64,000 nt of DNA from Candidatus Norongarragalina meridionalis (GTDB lineage: Archaea > Micrarchaeota > Micrarchaeia > Norongarragalinales > Norongarragalinaceae), in the NCBI GenBank assembly GCA_902384935.1, contig CABMDO010000009.1, forward strand, positions 74,983-138,982, given 5' to 3'. Shown here piece by piece: positions 27,464-37,241 of the stretch (positions are counted from its first letter, which is position 1; each line of letters opens with the position of its first letter). The notes below the pieces were generated by a model, which worked only from the letters and a program-made list of their open reading frames with translations, had not been told where the DNA came from and ran no database searches. Made by a program: the position numbers and the translations under genes.

Positions 27464-28861
27464 CTATCGTAACTGAAGCTGCACCTCGATTACTTCCTTC
27501 GCCTTTTTCAGGAACAGCCGCTCGTTCTCCGCCGACGGCTTGAAGGAGCAGCCCGCCGCCACGTTGTGCCCGCCGCCGACGCCGCCGACTTCCGCGCCTG
27601 CCTTGCGCATCACTTCCCCCAAATCCAGCCCTTTTTCGATGAGCGCCTTGCATCCGCGGGAAGAAACCTTCGTGTTTCCCTCCTCATCGTTGCTGAAGGC
27701 TAGGATGGGTTTGTTGCGTTCGACCAAACCCGAATTGAAGTAGGCGCCTGCGACGGTTCCGATAACCGTATCGGGAATCTCTCCGCGTCCGTCTAAAAAG
27801 TAAAAGGCGCCTGCGTCGAAGGCGTGTTTGCGGGCGAAGAAAATGCCAGAGCGTATGGCGCGCCGGTGCTCGAGAAGAACTTCGTGGGCTGATTCGTACG
27901 CACCAGCTTCGCCCAGGCAGACGCTTATGCCCAACTCGGGCTTTCCGTGCCGTCCGCATGCGTTCAGAAGAGTGGAGAACTCGTATGCGTCGCGCAGTTC
28001 CGTCCCGTCCGGCTCCTTCAGGAATATGTAAACGTCTCCTATCATCGAGGCAGTTGCCTCGGCGCTTACGCCGTGCTCGTTGCAGTAGTTTATGAGCGCG
28101 GTTTGCAGTTCCTTTCTCCGCGCGGGAGGCAAATCGTAGTAGCGCACCCATTTCCCATCCTCCTTCAGTGAGATGCCGTGCTTGTGCAGGAAAAGCGCGC
28201 ACGCCTTGTCGTTGTTGGTCAAACCGGGAAGAAACGGTTCATCGCAATAAGCAAGGAACCACACCAGCGGTCGGGAAACGCGTCCGAACATCCTCAAATC
28301 GCGGGTACGCAACACTACTCCCGACTCGACCGAATCGCCGAGCATTATCGCATTCAAGCCGCGCAACCCCTCCTGATCCTGCATGTCACCTACCGCTCCG
28401 ACGATTCCCAGTTCCACGATTCGCGGGTTGTCGAGATGCTTGAAGCAGAAATACGCCGTTGACGCGGCTGACGCTTCAGTTGCGCCGTCGTATCCGAAGG
28501 CGTGCGGGTTCGCCTGAAGCAGGCCCGTCTGCGCGGACGGAGGGTGATGGTCGATTATGATTGCTTTGGGGAAATATTTCTCTACTAAATCCGCTTGCCC
28601 GGAGCCCAAATCGACGAATACGACGTTGCGCTCGGCGGGTATGGAGGAAAGCAGCTTATCGTCGACTCTTTTGATCGTTCTTACCTCGAACGCCCTGCCT
28701 TTTAGTTTCAGCGCGTTGGCTACGAGCGCGGTTGCGCTCAAACCGTCGGCGTCGTAATGCCCCATTACCAGCGGATTGTCGAGCGAAAGTATGGTGTCGC
28801 CCACTTCGCGGCAACGCTCGAAAAAGTCAGGTTCCCCGGCACCAAGCAGTTTCTGCATCAC
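27464..28861 (-). CDS. RecJ-like DHH/DHHA1 phosphoesterase (GAN/Cdc45-like nuclease)
   Basis: DHH motifs MGHYDADGLSA and IIIDHH. C-terminal DHHA1 GGGH (VGGVGGGHNVAAG). 465 aa. Confidence 0.75.
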   Translation of the reverse strand: MMQKLLGAGEPDFFERCREVGDTILSLDNPLVMGHYDADGLSATALVANALKLKGRAFEVRTIKRVDDKLLSSIPAERNVVFVDLGSGQADLVEKYFPKAIIIDHHPPSAQTGLLQANPHAFGYDGATEASAASTAYFCFKHLDNPRIVELGIVGAVGDMQDQEGLRGLNAIMLGDSVESGVVLRTRDLRMFGRVSRPLVWFLAYCDEPFLPGLTNNDKACALFLHKHGISLKEDGKWVRYYDLPPARRKELQTALINYCNEHGVSAEATASMIGDVYIFLKEPDGTELRDAYEFSTLLNACGRHGKPELGISVCLGEAGAYESAHEVLLEHRRAIRSGIFFARKHAFDAGAFYFLDGRGEIPDTVIGTVAGAYFNSGLVERNKPILAFSNDEEGNTKVSSRGCKALIEKGLDLGEVMRKAGAEVGGVGGGHNVAAGCSFKPSAENERLFLKKAKEVIEVQLQLR

Positions 28862-28908
28862 GGAAATTAGGCGCAGGGCTTTTATTTCGGTTGTGATTAA
28901 TCGCTTGG

Positions 28909-29172
28909 ATGTCCAGAATCTCCGAAAAGAATTTCCTTCGCGTAGCGGAGCAGGCGCTCCACGCGCTCTACGAGCGCTTCCCCGAACCCTTGAGCACCGC
29001 GGCGCTTGCGCAGGAAATAGCCCGCGACAACGAGTTCTGCCTGCGCGTGCTGGAATTCCTGGAAAAAAAGGGAATGGCGAAGAGGACGGGCAACCTCGCG
29101 CACCTTAAGCTCTGGACAATCACGCCCGCCGCCCGCAAGAAATACGATTCGGCATTACAGCAGCGCGGCTAA
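28909..29172 (+). CDS. hypothetical winged-helix protein
   Basis: 87 aa. LSTAALAQEIARDNEFCLRVLEFLEKKGMAKR resembles a wHTH. Confidence 0.35.
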   Translation: MSRISEKNFLRVAEQALHALYERFPEPLSTAALAQEIARDNEFCLRVLEFLEKKGMAKRTGNLAHLKLWTITPAARKKYDSALQQRG

Positions 29173-29535
29173 CTCCATGCCGGTATCGTAATCCGACTCC
29201 AGCAGCGAGAAGCCGCGCGGATTCTCGCGGAAAATCGTGAGCGGAAAGAAGCGCCATTCCCTGCGAGGTTTGCGCCACGCCACGTAAACGGGCATATTCG
29301 TCGCTGCCTGCCACTCCTGCATTATCTTGAACTTCGTCGTTTCGAGATGCGGCGCCTTGCGCCACGCCTTGCATTCGAGGGCGAACTTTTTAGTTGCGCC
29401 GAGGACGACCAAGTCGGGTGACACGCCGTCCACGCCGCTTCCGGACGCACGGACGACTCGGTAGCCATGCCCTTTTAATTCCGCGGACAGCAGTCGCTCC
29501 TGGTGCGCGCCCTTGTTGTACCGTCCGTTGCCCAT
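29155..29535 (-). CDS. hjc: Holliday junction resolvase Hjc
   Basis: GAHQERLLSAELKGHGYRVVRASGSG...DLVV...ECKA matches Hjc catalytic motifs. Start taken at MGNGRYNKG. Confidence 0.75.
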   Translation of the reverse strand: MGNGRYNKGAHQERLLSAELKGHGYRVVRASGSGVDGVSPDLVVLGATKKFALECKAWRKAPHLETTKFKIMQEWQAATNMPVYVAWRKPRREWRFFPLTIFRENPRGFSLLESDYDTGMELAALL

Positions 29536-30049
29536 GGAGGAAAAAAAGGCGCGGTTATTTAAAGCGCCTTTCCTCAGGGGTAATTGGTGATTGAGGATGG
29601 CTCCTGCGAGATTGCGCGTACGCTCTGTTCGTGGCCATGTAGTTATCATACCGCACCCGTTTAGAAAAGGAAGCCACATACTAGTGAGATTTCAACGAAA
29701 AACGTCTAATAGCGGAATGCTTCTTGCGTGGTCCCCCCGCGAAATTTATGGCGAATCACGCGGTAGCGCGTTTGGTAATGTTACAAAAGAAATTCCAAGG
29801 GGGCATGCGGCCGTTATTAGCGAAGGTAAGACTAGTGTCTACAAGCCGTTCAAACCCGCAGAAGAAGCTAAAATCCGACGTGCTTTGTATCGAAACCGCC
29901 CTGCAGGGTGGTCATTTCTGAAAGCGGGCGTCTCGCGTCGAAAAAACGAACTGAAAAAACGAAAATTGTTGGATGAACCGCTGAAAGGGCGTTATCCGGG
30001 TCCCAAAGCAATGAAACCGATAATTGCCTAAGGAAACGCTTATCGTCCA

Positions 30050-30517
30050 TTGTCGTTCTCGGCAACGCTTTTAAAAGCGGGCTGCGTAGTTATGCCAATG
30101 GAAACAGGAGTTAAGGCGGGGGACTGCATGAGACGGTCTCTTGTCACCATCAGCGAGGACGCCAGCATGTACGAGGCTGCCAGGGTCATGACCGAAGCGA
30201 AGGTCGGCGGTTTGCTCGTCACTGACTCCAAAAAGAAGATTTACGCGATAATGACGGACGATGACATCGTCCGGAAAGCCGTCGCTACGAAGAAGATGGA
30301 CTTGAAGGTCAAGGACATCGCAAGCAAGCCGCTCGTCGGGGTATCCGCAAGCGCGGACATAAACGAGGCGGCGAAGCTGATGGGACAAAAGAACATAAAG
30401 AGACTCGCGGTTTTCGATGCAGGAAAGATAGTCGGCATAATGTCCGAAAGGGACATAGTCCGAATCTCTCCCTCCTTATACGACCTGATAGCGGAGAAGG
30501 AGCACCTGAAGCAGTAA
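30050..30517 (+). CDS. CBS domain pair protein
   Basis: Two CBS repeats (VGGLLVTD, IKRLAVFDAGKIVGIMSERDI). Confidence 0.7.
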   Translation: MSFSATLLKAGCVVMPMETGVKAGDCMRRSLVTISEDASMYEAARVMTEAKVGGLLVTDSKKKIYAIMTDDDIVRKAVATKKMDLKVKDIASKPLVGVSASADINEAAKLMGQKNIKRLAVFDAGKIVGIMSERDIVRISPSLYDLIAEKEHLKQ

Positions 30518-30704
30518 CGGCGGTAATTTATTATTCGCCGCCGAAAGAAATCTGCGCCGGGCGCCGGATGACCCTCTGAGCCCCTGTTGGCTGCATTCCT
30601 TCGGGAATGCAGCGAGCAAGGGTTTTGAAGAAGGGAACAACAGGCGCGCGGCGCATTTCGCTGCACACGCCGCATTCCGCGGGAATGCGGCAAACAACTG
30701 CAAA

Positions 30705-31136
30705 ATGGACCCTCTTCGTAAGAAACAGGAAATCGGCAAGGTTTTCCATGCCTTGGATTCCACCGCGATACTAGTGGAAGGAAAGCGCGACGAAGCCGCG
30801 CTGCGTGCGGCGGGCGTAACTGCGCCCATAGTGCTCGCAGCCGGACGGAAAGCCGAACGTGTCGCCGAGGAAGCGCAGGCATTCGGGCTTCCTCTCGCGC
30901 TGCTCTTCGACTGGGATGTGGAAGGAGAAAGAAAAACAAGGGAATATGAGGAGTTGATGAAGGCGGACATCCGCCTCAGGAAAAAGATGAAGGTGTTGTT
31001 GGGTTTGAGGACGGTTGAGGAACTGGGTTTCCGGCTGTCCGAGCTTGAGAGAAAGGTGAATGAAAATGGGAAAGACTTACATAGATACGGTAAAGTACCT
31101 GGTAAAGGCGAACTTCGAGATAGACGGCATCGTTGA
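30705..31136 (+). CDS. small Toprim-domain protein (tentative)
   Basis: ILVEGKRDEAALRAAG...LLFDWDVEG resembles a minimal Toprim fold. The 3' end overlaps the dnaG start in another frame. Confidence 0.35.
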   Translation: MDPLRKKQEIGKVFHALDSTAILVEGKRDEAALRAAGVTAPIVLAAGRKAERVAEEAQAFGLPLALLFDWDVEGERKTREYEELMKADIRLRKKMKVLLGLRTVEELGFRLSELERKVNENGKDLHRYGKVPGKGELRDRRHR

Positions 31137-32367
31137 GAAGCCGGACATAGTCGGAGCGGTTTTCGGCCAGACGGAAGGTTTGCTCGGCGACGAGCTGGAT
31201 TTGCGCGAGTTGCAGAAGAACGGACGCATAGGGAGAATAGAAGTCGACGCGCAGGTGCGCAGCGGCAGGAGCTTCGGCACTATTCTCGTGCCGTCGAGCC
31301 TGGACATGGTGGAAACCAGCATCCTCGCGGCGGCTCTCGAGATTGTGGACCGCGTAGGTCCGTGCGAGGCGCGCATAACCGTCGAGAAAATAGAGGACAC
31401 GCGCAATCTTAAGAGAAAGCAGGTGCTGGACCGCGCGAAGGTTCTGCTCCGCTCGATGCTTACGAACGAGATTCCCGAAAGCAAGGAACTCAGCGATCTG
31501 GTGCGCGACGACGCGAAGGTGGCGGACGTAGGGACGTACGGCGTGGACAAGCTGCCCGCAGGCCCCGCTGTTGCCACGAGTGAAGCGATCATAGTCGTCG
31601 AAGGCAGGGCCGACGTAATCAACCTGCTGAAGAACGGCATCAAGAACGTCGTGGCAATCGGCGGAGCGAAAGTCGGGAAAACGGTCGCCGAACTCGGCAA
31701 GGAGAAGGAACTCACCGTGTTCCTCGACGGGGATCGCGGCGGGGACATCATCCTGAAGGAACTGGTTGAAGCCACCGACGTGGATTACGTGTGCCGCGCG
31801 CCTCCCGGAAAGGAAGTGGAGGAGCTTGCACGCAAGGAACTCATAAAATGCCTGCGCCGCAGGACGCCCATAGAGCAGGTCGTGGGATACGAGCACCTCG
31901 CGAAGGAGCGCGCGTCCCAGCCTGTTGAAAAATATCCCGAGAAGAGCGAGCGTCAGGATCGCGCAGATCGCGGAGTCCGCGAGGAACCGCGTCCGCAACC
32001 GCAGCAGCGCTTCGAAAGGGACGAATCTACCATCGAGCTGAGCGCGCCGGTCCCTCCCGTAAAGGAGGAAACTCCCGAGGAACGCGAGAAAAGCGAGACG
32101 CTTCGGAAGAGCCTTAAGGATTTGGAGGGCTCGTTGAAAGCTAGGTTGCTCGACAAAAGCGGGAACACCATGAGCGAGGTAATGATCCGCGAAATCATGA
32201 AGACGCTCGGGGAAACCGACGGCGTATGGGCGGTCGTGCTCGACGGAATCGTCACGCAGCGGCTCGTCGACTTGGCGGAGCAGAAGGGCGCGGAGTACGT
32301 CGTGGGAATACGCTCGGGCAACGTGACGCGCCGTCCCGCGGCGCTACGCATAGTGCTCGCGGAGTGA
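31060..32367 (+). CDS. dnaG: archaeal DNA primase DnaG (Toprim)
   Basis: N-terminus KYLVKANFEIDGIVEKPDIVGAVFGQTEGLLGDELDLRELQKNGRIGRIEV is archaeal DnaG. Toprim block IIVVEGRADVINL...FLDGDRGG. Confidence 0.85.
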   Translation: MKMGKTYIDTVKYLVKANFEIDGIVEKPDIVGAVFGQTEGLLGDELDLRELQKNGRIGRIEVDAQVRSGRSFGTILVPSSLDMVETSILAAALEIVDRVGPCEARITVEKIEDTRNLKRKQVLDRAKVLLRSMLTNEIPESKELSDLVRDDAKVADVGTYGVDKLPAGPAVATSEAIIVVEGRADVINLLKNGIKNVVAIGGAKVGKTVAELGKEKELTVFLDGDRGGDIILKELVEATDVDYVCRAPPGKEVEELARKELIKCLRRRTPIEQVVGYEHLAKERASQPVEKYPEKSERQDRADRGVREEPRPQPQQRFERDESTIELSAPVPPVKEETPEEREKSETLRKSLKDLEGSLKARLLDKSGNTMSEVMIREIMKTLGETDGVWAVVLDGIVTQRLVDLAEQKGAEYVVGIRSGNVTRRPAALRIVLAE

Positions 32368-32423
32368 AAAGGTATTTAAGCGAAAAAAGGCGCGTTAATA
32401 GAAGGAAGGGGGTTTGAGCAGGA

Positions 32424-33188
32424 ATGGGCACGTCGCTAGTATTCGCATCTGGCAAGGGCGGGGTAGGCAAGACGCAGACCGTGATCAACCTCGGAACCGC
32501 GCTTGCACAGCACGGGCACAACGTCACCATAGTCGAGGGCAACCTCATCACGCCCAACCTCGCGATTTATTTCGGCATTCCGCTCCACGCGAAGACGCTC
32601 AACGACATCATCCGCGGCGACGCGAGCATAGACGAGGCGACGTACGTCCACGAGGAAACCGGACTGCTCCTCATACCCGCGAACATACAGCTGCATGCGC
32701 ACAACGACATCTCGTCGCGCGCCCTGCGCAATACAATCCGCGACATCAAGAAGCACACGGATACCGTAATCGTCGATTGCGTTTCGAGCCTCGGCGACGA
32801 GGTAAGCGAAATCATAAAGTCCGCGGACAAGGCGGTAATAGTCACGAATCCCGAGCTTCCCGCAATGGCGGACGCCTACAAGACGATCCGCCTTACAAGG
32901 CACCTCGGAACGCAGGTCGCGGGCGTCGTCGTGACGCGCACCGGGCGCTTCAAGGGCGAACTGTCGGACGACGAAATCAACACGCTTCTCGAAGGCACGC
33001 AGGTTATCGGGAAAATCCCCGAGGACCATCGCGTGCCCATGGCGTCGTCGCGTTCGGAACCCGTCGTGCTCGCATACCCGCACTCCCGCGCGTCGCGCGC
33101 CTACAAGAGGCTCGCGTCGTCGATGCTCGGAAAAGAATACAGCGAGTTCGGGTTCGCGGAAGACGTGCTCAATAGCCTGCAGCCCTGA
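32424..33188 (+). CDS. minD: MinD/ParA-family P-loop ATPase
   Basis: Deviant Walker A SGKGGVGKT. 254 aa, MinD-like throughout. Confidence 0.75.
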   Translation: MGTSLVFASGKGGVGKTQTVINLGTALAQHGHNVTIVEGNLITPNLAIYFGIPLHAKTLNDIIRGDASIDEATYVHEETGLLLIPANIQLHAHNDISSRALRNTIRDIKKHTDTVIVDCVSSLGDEVSEIIKSADKAVIVTNPELPAMADAYKTIRLTRHLGTQVAGVVVTRTGRFKGELSDDEINTLLEGTQVIGKIPEDHRVPMASSRSEPVVLAYPHSRASRAYKRLASSMLGKEYSEFGFAEDVLNSLQP

Positions 33189-34752
33189 ATGCGCGCCGCA
33201 TTTTCGCAAGCACTTCTCCCGGGCTAGCGCCTAACACGAATATGGTCGCCTCTTTCCCGAACGCGCCCTTGTCGTATATAACGTCGGAAACGCCGCCGTG
33301 TTTTTTCACCGCCTGCAAGGCAAGCCAGGGCATCGACGCGCCTTCCGCAGACGCGACGGACTCGGGCTCCTCCTCGCTCCGCGATACTTCGGCGACGCTC
33401 ATGTTCGAACGCACGAACGCATCGAGCAACTGAGGAGAATATGCCACGTCAAGAGCCGAGCGCACGCCTTGCTTGGAAAGCGCTATGACTACGCCCGCGA
33501 CGTGGTGCGACGCTCCGTAAGCGGCGGCTCCGCGGAGCACGCGATTGATCCCGCGCCTCATCCGTCCCTCTATTGCGGCGACTTCCTTCGGTGACTTCGC
33601 TCCGGGTTTCGCGAAAACGAGATTCGACCCGATTTCGGGTATGCTTTCAAGAAAGCCGGCAGTGGCGCAAAGCGCAGCCGCAACATCTTCCACTTCGGTA
33701 AGCAGCGCATCGTTCCCTCCGGCCTGCTTCTTCAGATACTCCTCGAACGCTATCCAGAACGGGTCCGTGCCGGGATGCAGCGTCCTTTTTCCGTCAACGA
33801 ACAGGCCGCGCTTCTTCATTACTCGGCCTACGACGCTCGCCGGAATGTCCGCTTTTTTCAGCGCCTTTACGGTTGCCTCGCCTTCTCCCTTCCGCACGGT
33901 CGCAAGAAGCGTTCCTTCGCTGATGGCGATGAACGGATCGATTCCGAAGCATTCGCACGTTTTCGCAACCGCGTCCTGGACTATTACTTCTTCCTTTTCG
34001 ACGTCCATTCCGTATTTCAGGCACAGCTCGGACAATCCGCCCCATACTCCGCACTCCGTAGCGTCGTGCATCGCGGTTGCGGCGCCTGTTTTCGCCACCA
34101 CGGCTGCATCCTTCACGACGCTCATCTGGTAGAAAACCGACTGCGCCTTTTTCACGAGCTGTTTTCCGCAGCTGGCTTCGAGGAATTCGGGAAACTGGAC
34201 GGACATCAATCCGGTCGTCTCTATCGCCGGGCCTTTCGTCACTATTACTTCGTCGCCGGGGCGCATCGCCGAACGATCTACGAGTTTTTTCCGCGAACCG
34301 ACGCCGAACATCACGCCTCCGCCGACCATCGGATAGTTGCACCCCGCGTATCGTGCGGTATGCCCCGTAACAACGTTTACGCCCAGCTTCTTGCACTCGG
34401 AATCAACCGTTCGCCAGATGCGCTTCAGCACGTCGGCGGTTGTTTCGGGCGGAAGATTCAGGTCAACCGCGAAATAGCGCGGCGGGATTCCGCTTACTGC
34501 GACGTCGGAAGCGAGTATATGCACCGCGAACCACGCCGCCCGCTCCCAGCCAAGCGACGGGGAGATGAAGAACGGATCCGCGGAAAGCACAACCGCGTTG
34601 TTCCCGCATTCGAACGCCCCGAAATCCACGCCGTTTGTGGGCGGAACTATCACCGACTTGTCCTTGGCGCCGAGATGCGGATAAATCACCTTTCGGAAGA
34701 ATTCCGGCGGGATTTTCCCCAAAGAAGGAAGCTCGTCCATGCTAAACACCAA
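33169..34752 (-). CDS. AIR-synthase-related (PurM-like) protein fused to ThiN-like thiamine-phosphate synthase domain
   Basis: N-terminal PurM/HypE-like fold and a C-terminal ~180 aa resembling ThiN. Adjacent to thiL and thiC. Confidence 0.45.
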   Translation of the reverse strand: MVFSMDELPSLGKIPPEFFRKVIYPHLGAKDKSVIVPPTNGVDFGAFECGNNAVVLSADPFFISPSLGWERAAWFAVHILASDVAVSGIPPRYFAVDLNLPPETTADVLKRIWRTVDSECKKLGVNVVTGHTARYAGCNYPMVGGGVMFGVGSRKKLVDRSAMRPGDEVIVTKGPAIETTGLMSVQFPEFLEASCGKQLVKKAQSVFYQMSVVKDAAVVAKTGAATAMHDATECGVWGGLSELCLKYGMDVEKEEVIVQDAVAKTCECFGIDPFIAISEGTLLATVRKGEGEATVKALKKADIPASVVGRVMKKRGLFVDGKRTLHPGTDPFWIAFEEYLKKQAGGNDALLTEVEDVAAALCATAGFLESIPEIGSNLVFAKPGAKSPKEVAAIEGRMRRGINRVLRGAAAYGASHHVAGVVIALSKQGVRSALDVAYSPQLLDAFVRSNMSVAEVSRSEEEPESVASAEGASMPWLALQAVKKHGGVSDVIYDKGAFGKEATIFVLGASPGEVLAKMRRAFRAAGY

Positions 34753-34823
34753 CGCATTAATAACCGCTTTCAGTAATTCTGTAGGAACGCATTTATAGGT
34801 TTGCGACTTCGGCAGGCAGCGAT

Positions 34824-35711
34824 ATGCTCTCTGAACGCGACATCATTGACGTCATAAAGCGCAGCCTCGGCGCGCCTTCTTCGTTCGAGGACGCGGAGGA
34901 GCTGAAAGGCGGCGCCGTCTGCACGACCGACATGGTACTGGACTTCGACGACTTTCCGAAGGGCACGAAACCCTACTACAAAGGATGGACTGCTGTTTGC
35001 TCCTCGGTAAGCGACCTTGCGGCGGCAGGAGCGAAACCGCTTGGCGTCGTAGCGTCGTGGGCGATACCTAGAAGGATGGGGAGGCGCGAAATCGCCGAAA
35101 TAGCGAGAGGAATGCGCGACTGCGCGAAGGCGGCGAAAACCCGCGTCATCGGCGGGGACGTGAACGAAAGCGAACGCCTGATCTTATGCACCGCGGCGGC
35201 GGGGGATAAAAGGCGCGCATCAAGGAGCGGAGCAAAACCGGGCGACATTATTGCGGTAACTGGCAGGCTGGGAGCGAGCGCGGCTGGCTGGCTGGCTTTG
35301 AAAAAGGGACTGCGCGGGCATACGGCGGTAAAAAACAAATTCATGAAACCTCCAGTGCGCATAAACGAAATGCAGAAGATAGTCGGGTACGTCGATGCGG
35401 CTACGGACTTGAGCGACGGATTGCTAATCGGAATTTATAACATATGCGAGGAAAGCAGATGCGGAGCCGAAATAACGGGCGTGCCGATTGACAACGGCGT
35501 CGAAGCGGTTGCCCGCGCGCTCAGAAAAACTCCGTTCGATTTGGCGTGCATCGGTTCGGACTACGAACTGCTGCTGGCGATACCGAAGCAGAAGATAGCG
35601 GAAGCGAAAAAAAGGACGCGGCTGTACGAAATAGGCGTTTTTACCAAAGGAAAAGGCGTGCGCATGAACGGGAAGGTTCTGCAGCGCAGGGGATTCCAGC
35701 ATTTCCAGTGA
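34824..35711 (+). CDS. thiL: thiamine-monophosphate kinase
   Basis: PurM-superfamily ThiL pattern (CTTDMVLD, GWTAVCSSVSDLAAAGAKPLG, ATDLSDGL). Confidence 0.7.
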   Translation: MLSERDIIDVIKRSLGAPSSFEDAEELKGGAVCTTDMVLDFDDFPKGTKPYYKGWTAVCSSVSDLAAAGAKPLGVVASWAIPRRMGRREIAEIARGMRDCAKAAKTRVIGGDVNESERLILCTAAAGDKRRASRSGAKPGDIIAVTGRLGASAAGWLALKKGLRGHTAVKNKFMKPPVRINEMQKIVGYVDAATDLSDGLLIGIYNICEESRCGAEITGVPIDNGVEAVARALRKTPFDLACIGSDYELLLAIPKQKIAEAKKRTRLYEIGVFTKGKGVRMNGKVLQRRGFQHFQ

Positions 35712-35721
35712 GAGTGAAGAA

Positions 35722-36909
35722 ATGGAAACCAAACCGCTAGCAAGGAAGGAAGGAGTTAGCGAAAGCTTTTTGCGGAACGGCATTGCTTCCGGCAGCATCG
35801 TTGCGCTCGGAAACTGCGCAGTAGGTGCGGGCTTGCGCACTAAGACGAACGCCAACCTCGGATGCTCCGAAGGATTCTCCTCGTTGAAAACCGAGATGGA
35901 GAAGGCGGAAATCGCGGTGAAATACGGCGCCGACGCGCTGATGGATTTGAGTGTGGTCGACGTCGGGTTGCGCGCCAGATTGAAAAAATTCGGCGTGCCC
36001 GTAGGAACCGTTCCCGTTTACGACACGTTCGCGAAGAAGAATCCCGACGCCGACGACTTCTTCGGCGCGGTTGAGCGCCACTGCAAGGACGTGGACTTCG
36101 TAACGGTGCACTGCGGCGTCACAAGGAGCACGAGCGCGCTTGCAATGAAACGCCTAATCGGCATCGTCAGCAGGGGAGGGGCGCTCACTTCCCTTTGGAT
36201 GGCTAAGACCAAGCAGGAAAACCCGTTTTACGCGGAGTTCGACTATTTGCTGGAGATTCTAAAGGACAGCGGCGTCGCGCTCAGCCTCGGCGACGCTCTG
36301 CGGCCGGGTGCGCAGGCGGATGCCGACGACGCCGCGCAGGAGGCGGAACTTCGCATCAACGGCGCGCTTGTCAAGAGAGCGAGGAGAGCGGGGGTTGCCA
36401 TTTTCGTGGAAGGGCCGGGGCACATGCCGCTCGACAAAATCGCGCCGCACGTGAAGCACATGAAAAAGGTGTGCGGAAACGCGCCCTACTACGTGTTGGG
36501 GCCGCTTGTCACCGATTTGGGCGCGGGGCACGACCACATAACCGCCGCAATAGGCGGGGCGGTTGCGGGCGCCGCAGGCGCGGACTTCCTCTGTTATGTG
36601 ACGCCTTCGGAGCATCTTTCTTTCCCCGACAAGGAGGACGTGCGCGAGGGAGTCATTGCGGCGAGAATTGCGGCGCATGCGGCGGACATAGCGAAAGGCG
36701 TTCCGAACGCCCGCACACAGGACGACAGATTGTCGAAAGCGAGGGCGAATCTTGACTGGAAGACACAGTTCGCGCTCTCCTTCGACACGGACGCGTGCGT
36801 GCGCTATCGCAGGTCGCGACCTCCCGCGTGCGGGAACGTCTGCAGCATGTGCGGCGAGTTTTGCGCCGTGAAGGCTTTTCGGGAATCGAAGAAGGAGGCG
36901 GGAAAATGA
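35722..36909 (+). CDS. thiC: phosphomethylpyrimidine synthase
   Basis: Short archaeal ThiC with conserved blocks and the C-terminal CSMCGEFCA Fe-S cluster motif. Confidence 0.8.
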   Translation: METKPLARKEGVSESFLRNGIASGSIVALGNCAVGAGLRTKTNANLGCSEGFSSLKTEMEKAEIAVKYGADALMDLSVVDVGLRARLKKFGVPVGTVPVYDTFAKKNPDADDFFGAVERHCKDVDFVTVHCGVTRSTSALAMKRLIGIVSRGGALTSLWMAKTKQENPFYAEFDYLLEILKDSGVALSLGDALRPGAQADADDAAQEAELRINGALVKRARRAGVAIFVEGPGHMPLDKIAPHVKHMKKVCGNAPYYVLGPLVTDLGAGHDHITAAIGGAVAGAAGADFLCYVTPSEHLSFPDKEDVREGVIAARIAAHAADIAKGVPNARTQDDRLSKARANLDWKTQFALSFDTDACVRYRRSRPPACGNVCSMCGEFCAVKAFRESKKEAGK

Positions 36910-37217
36910 AAGGATACATGAAAATGGTGCACAGGCACAACCACGTCGCCTATGCCGGCATTCTGCCGCAGGGACTTGCGGTGGTGCATCTCAACCGCAA
37001 GCTTGCGCCTTCGGACATCACGTCCGCGGCGAAGTCGCTCGGACTGAAGGTTTCACAGCATCCGCCGAAGCGCAGCAGGCGGGTTGACGTGCGCGACTCG
37101 CGGGGCAACCTCGTTGCAACCGTTGTCGGCAACGACCTCGCGCTCCTGCCCGGCCATCCGAAGAACATGGAGCTTACCAAGGATTTCGTGAACGCGCTGC
37201 TCAAGGGGAAGCGTTAA
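36906..37217 (+). CDS. hypothetical protein
   Basis: 103-aa ORF whose ATG overlaps the thiC stop (ATGA). Confidence 0.3.
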   Translation: MKGYMKMVHRHNHVAYAGILPQGLAVVHLNRKLAPSDITSAAKSLGLKVSQHPPKRSRRVDVRDSRGNLVATVVGNDLALLPGHPKNMELTKDFVNALLKGKR

Positions 37218-37241
37218 TAATTTCCGAGAGGTAATTTAGTC

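Noticed and set aside
29591-30031. 146-aa basic ORF (and 29724..29921) between hjc and the CBS gene
   Set aside because: Arg/Lys-rich with weak coding character. It could be a real small basic protein or an ncRNA-containing spacer, so it is left uncalled.
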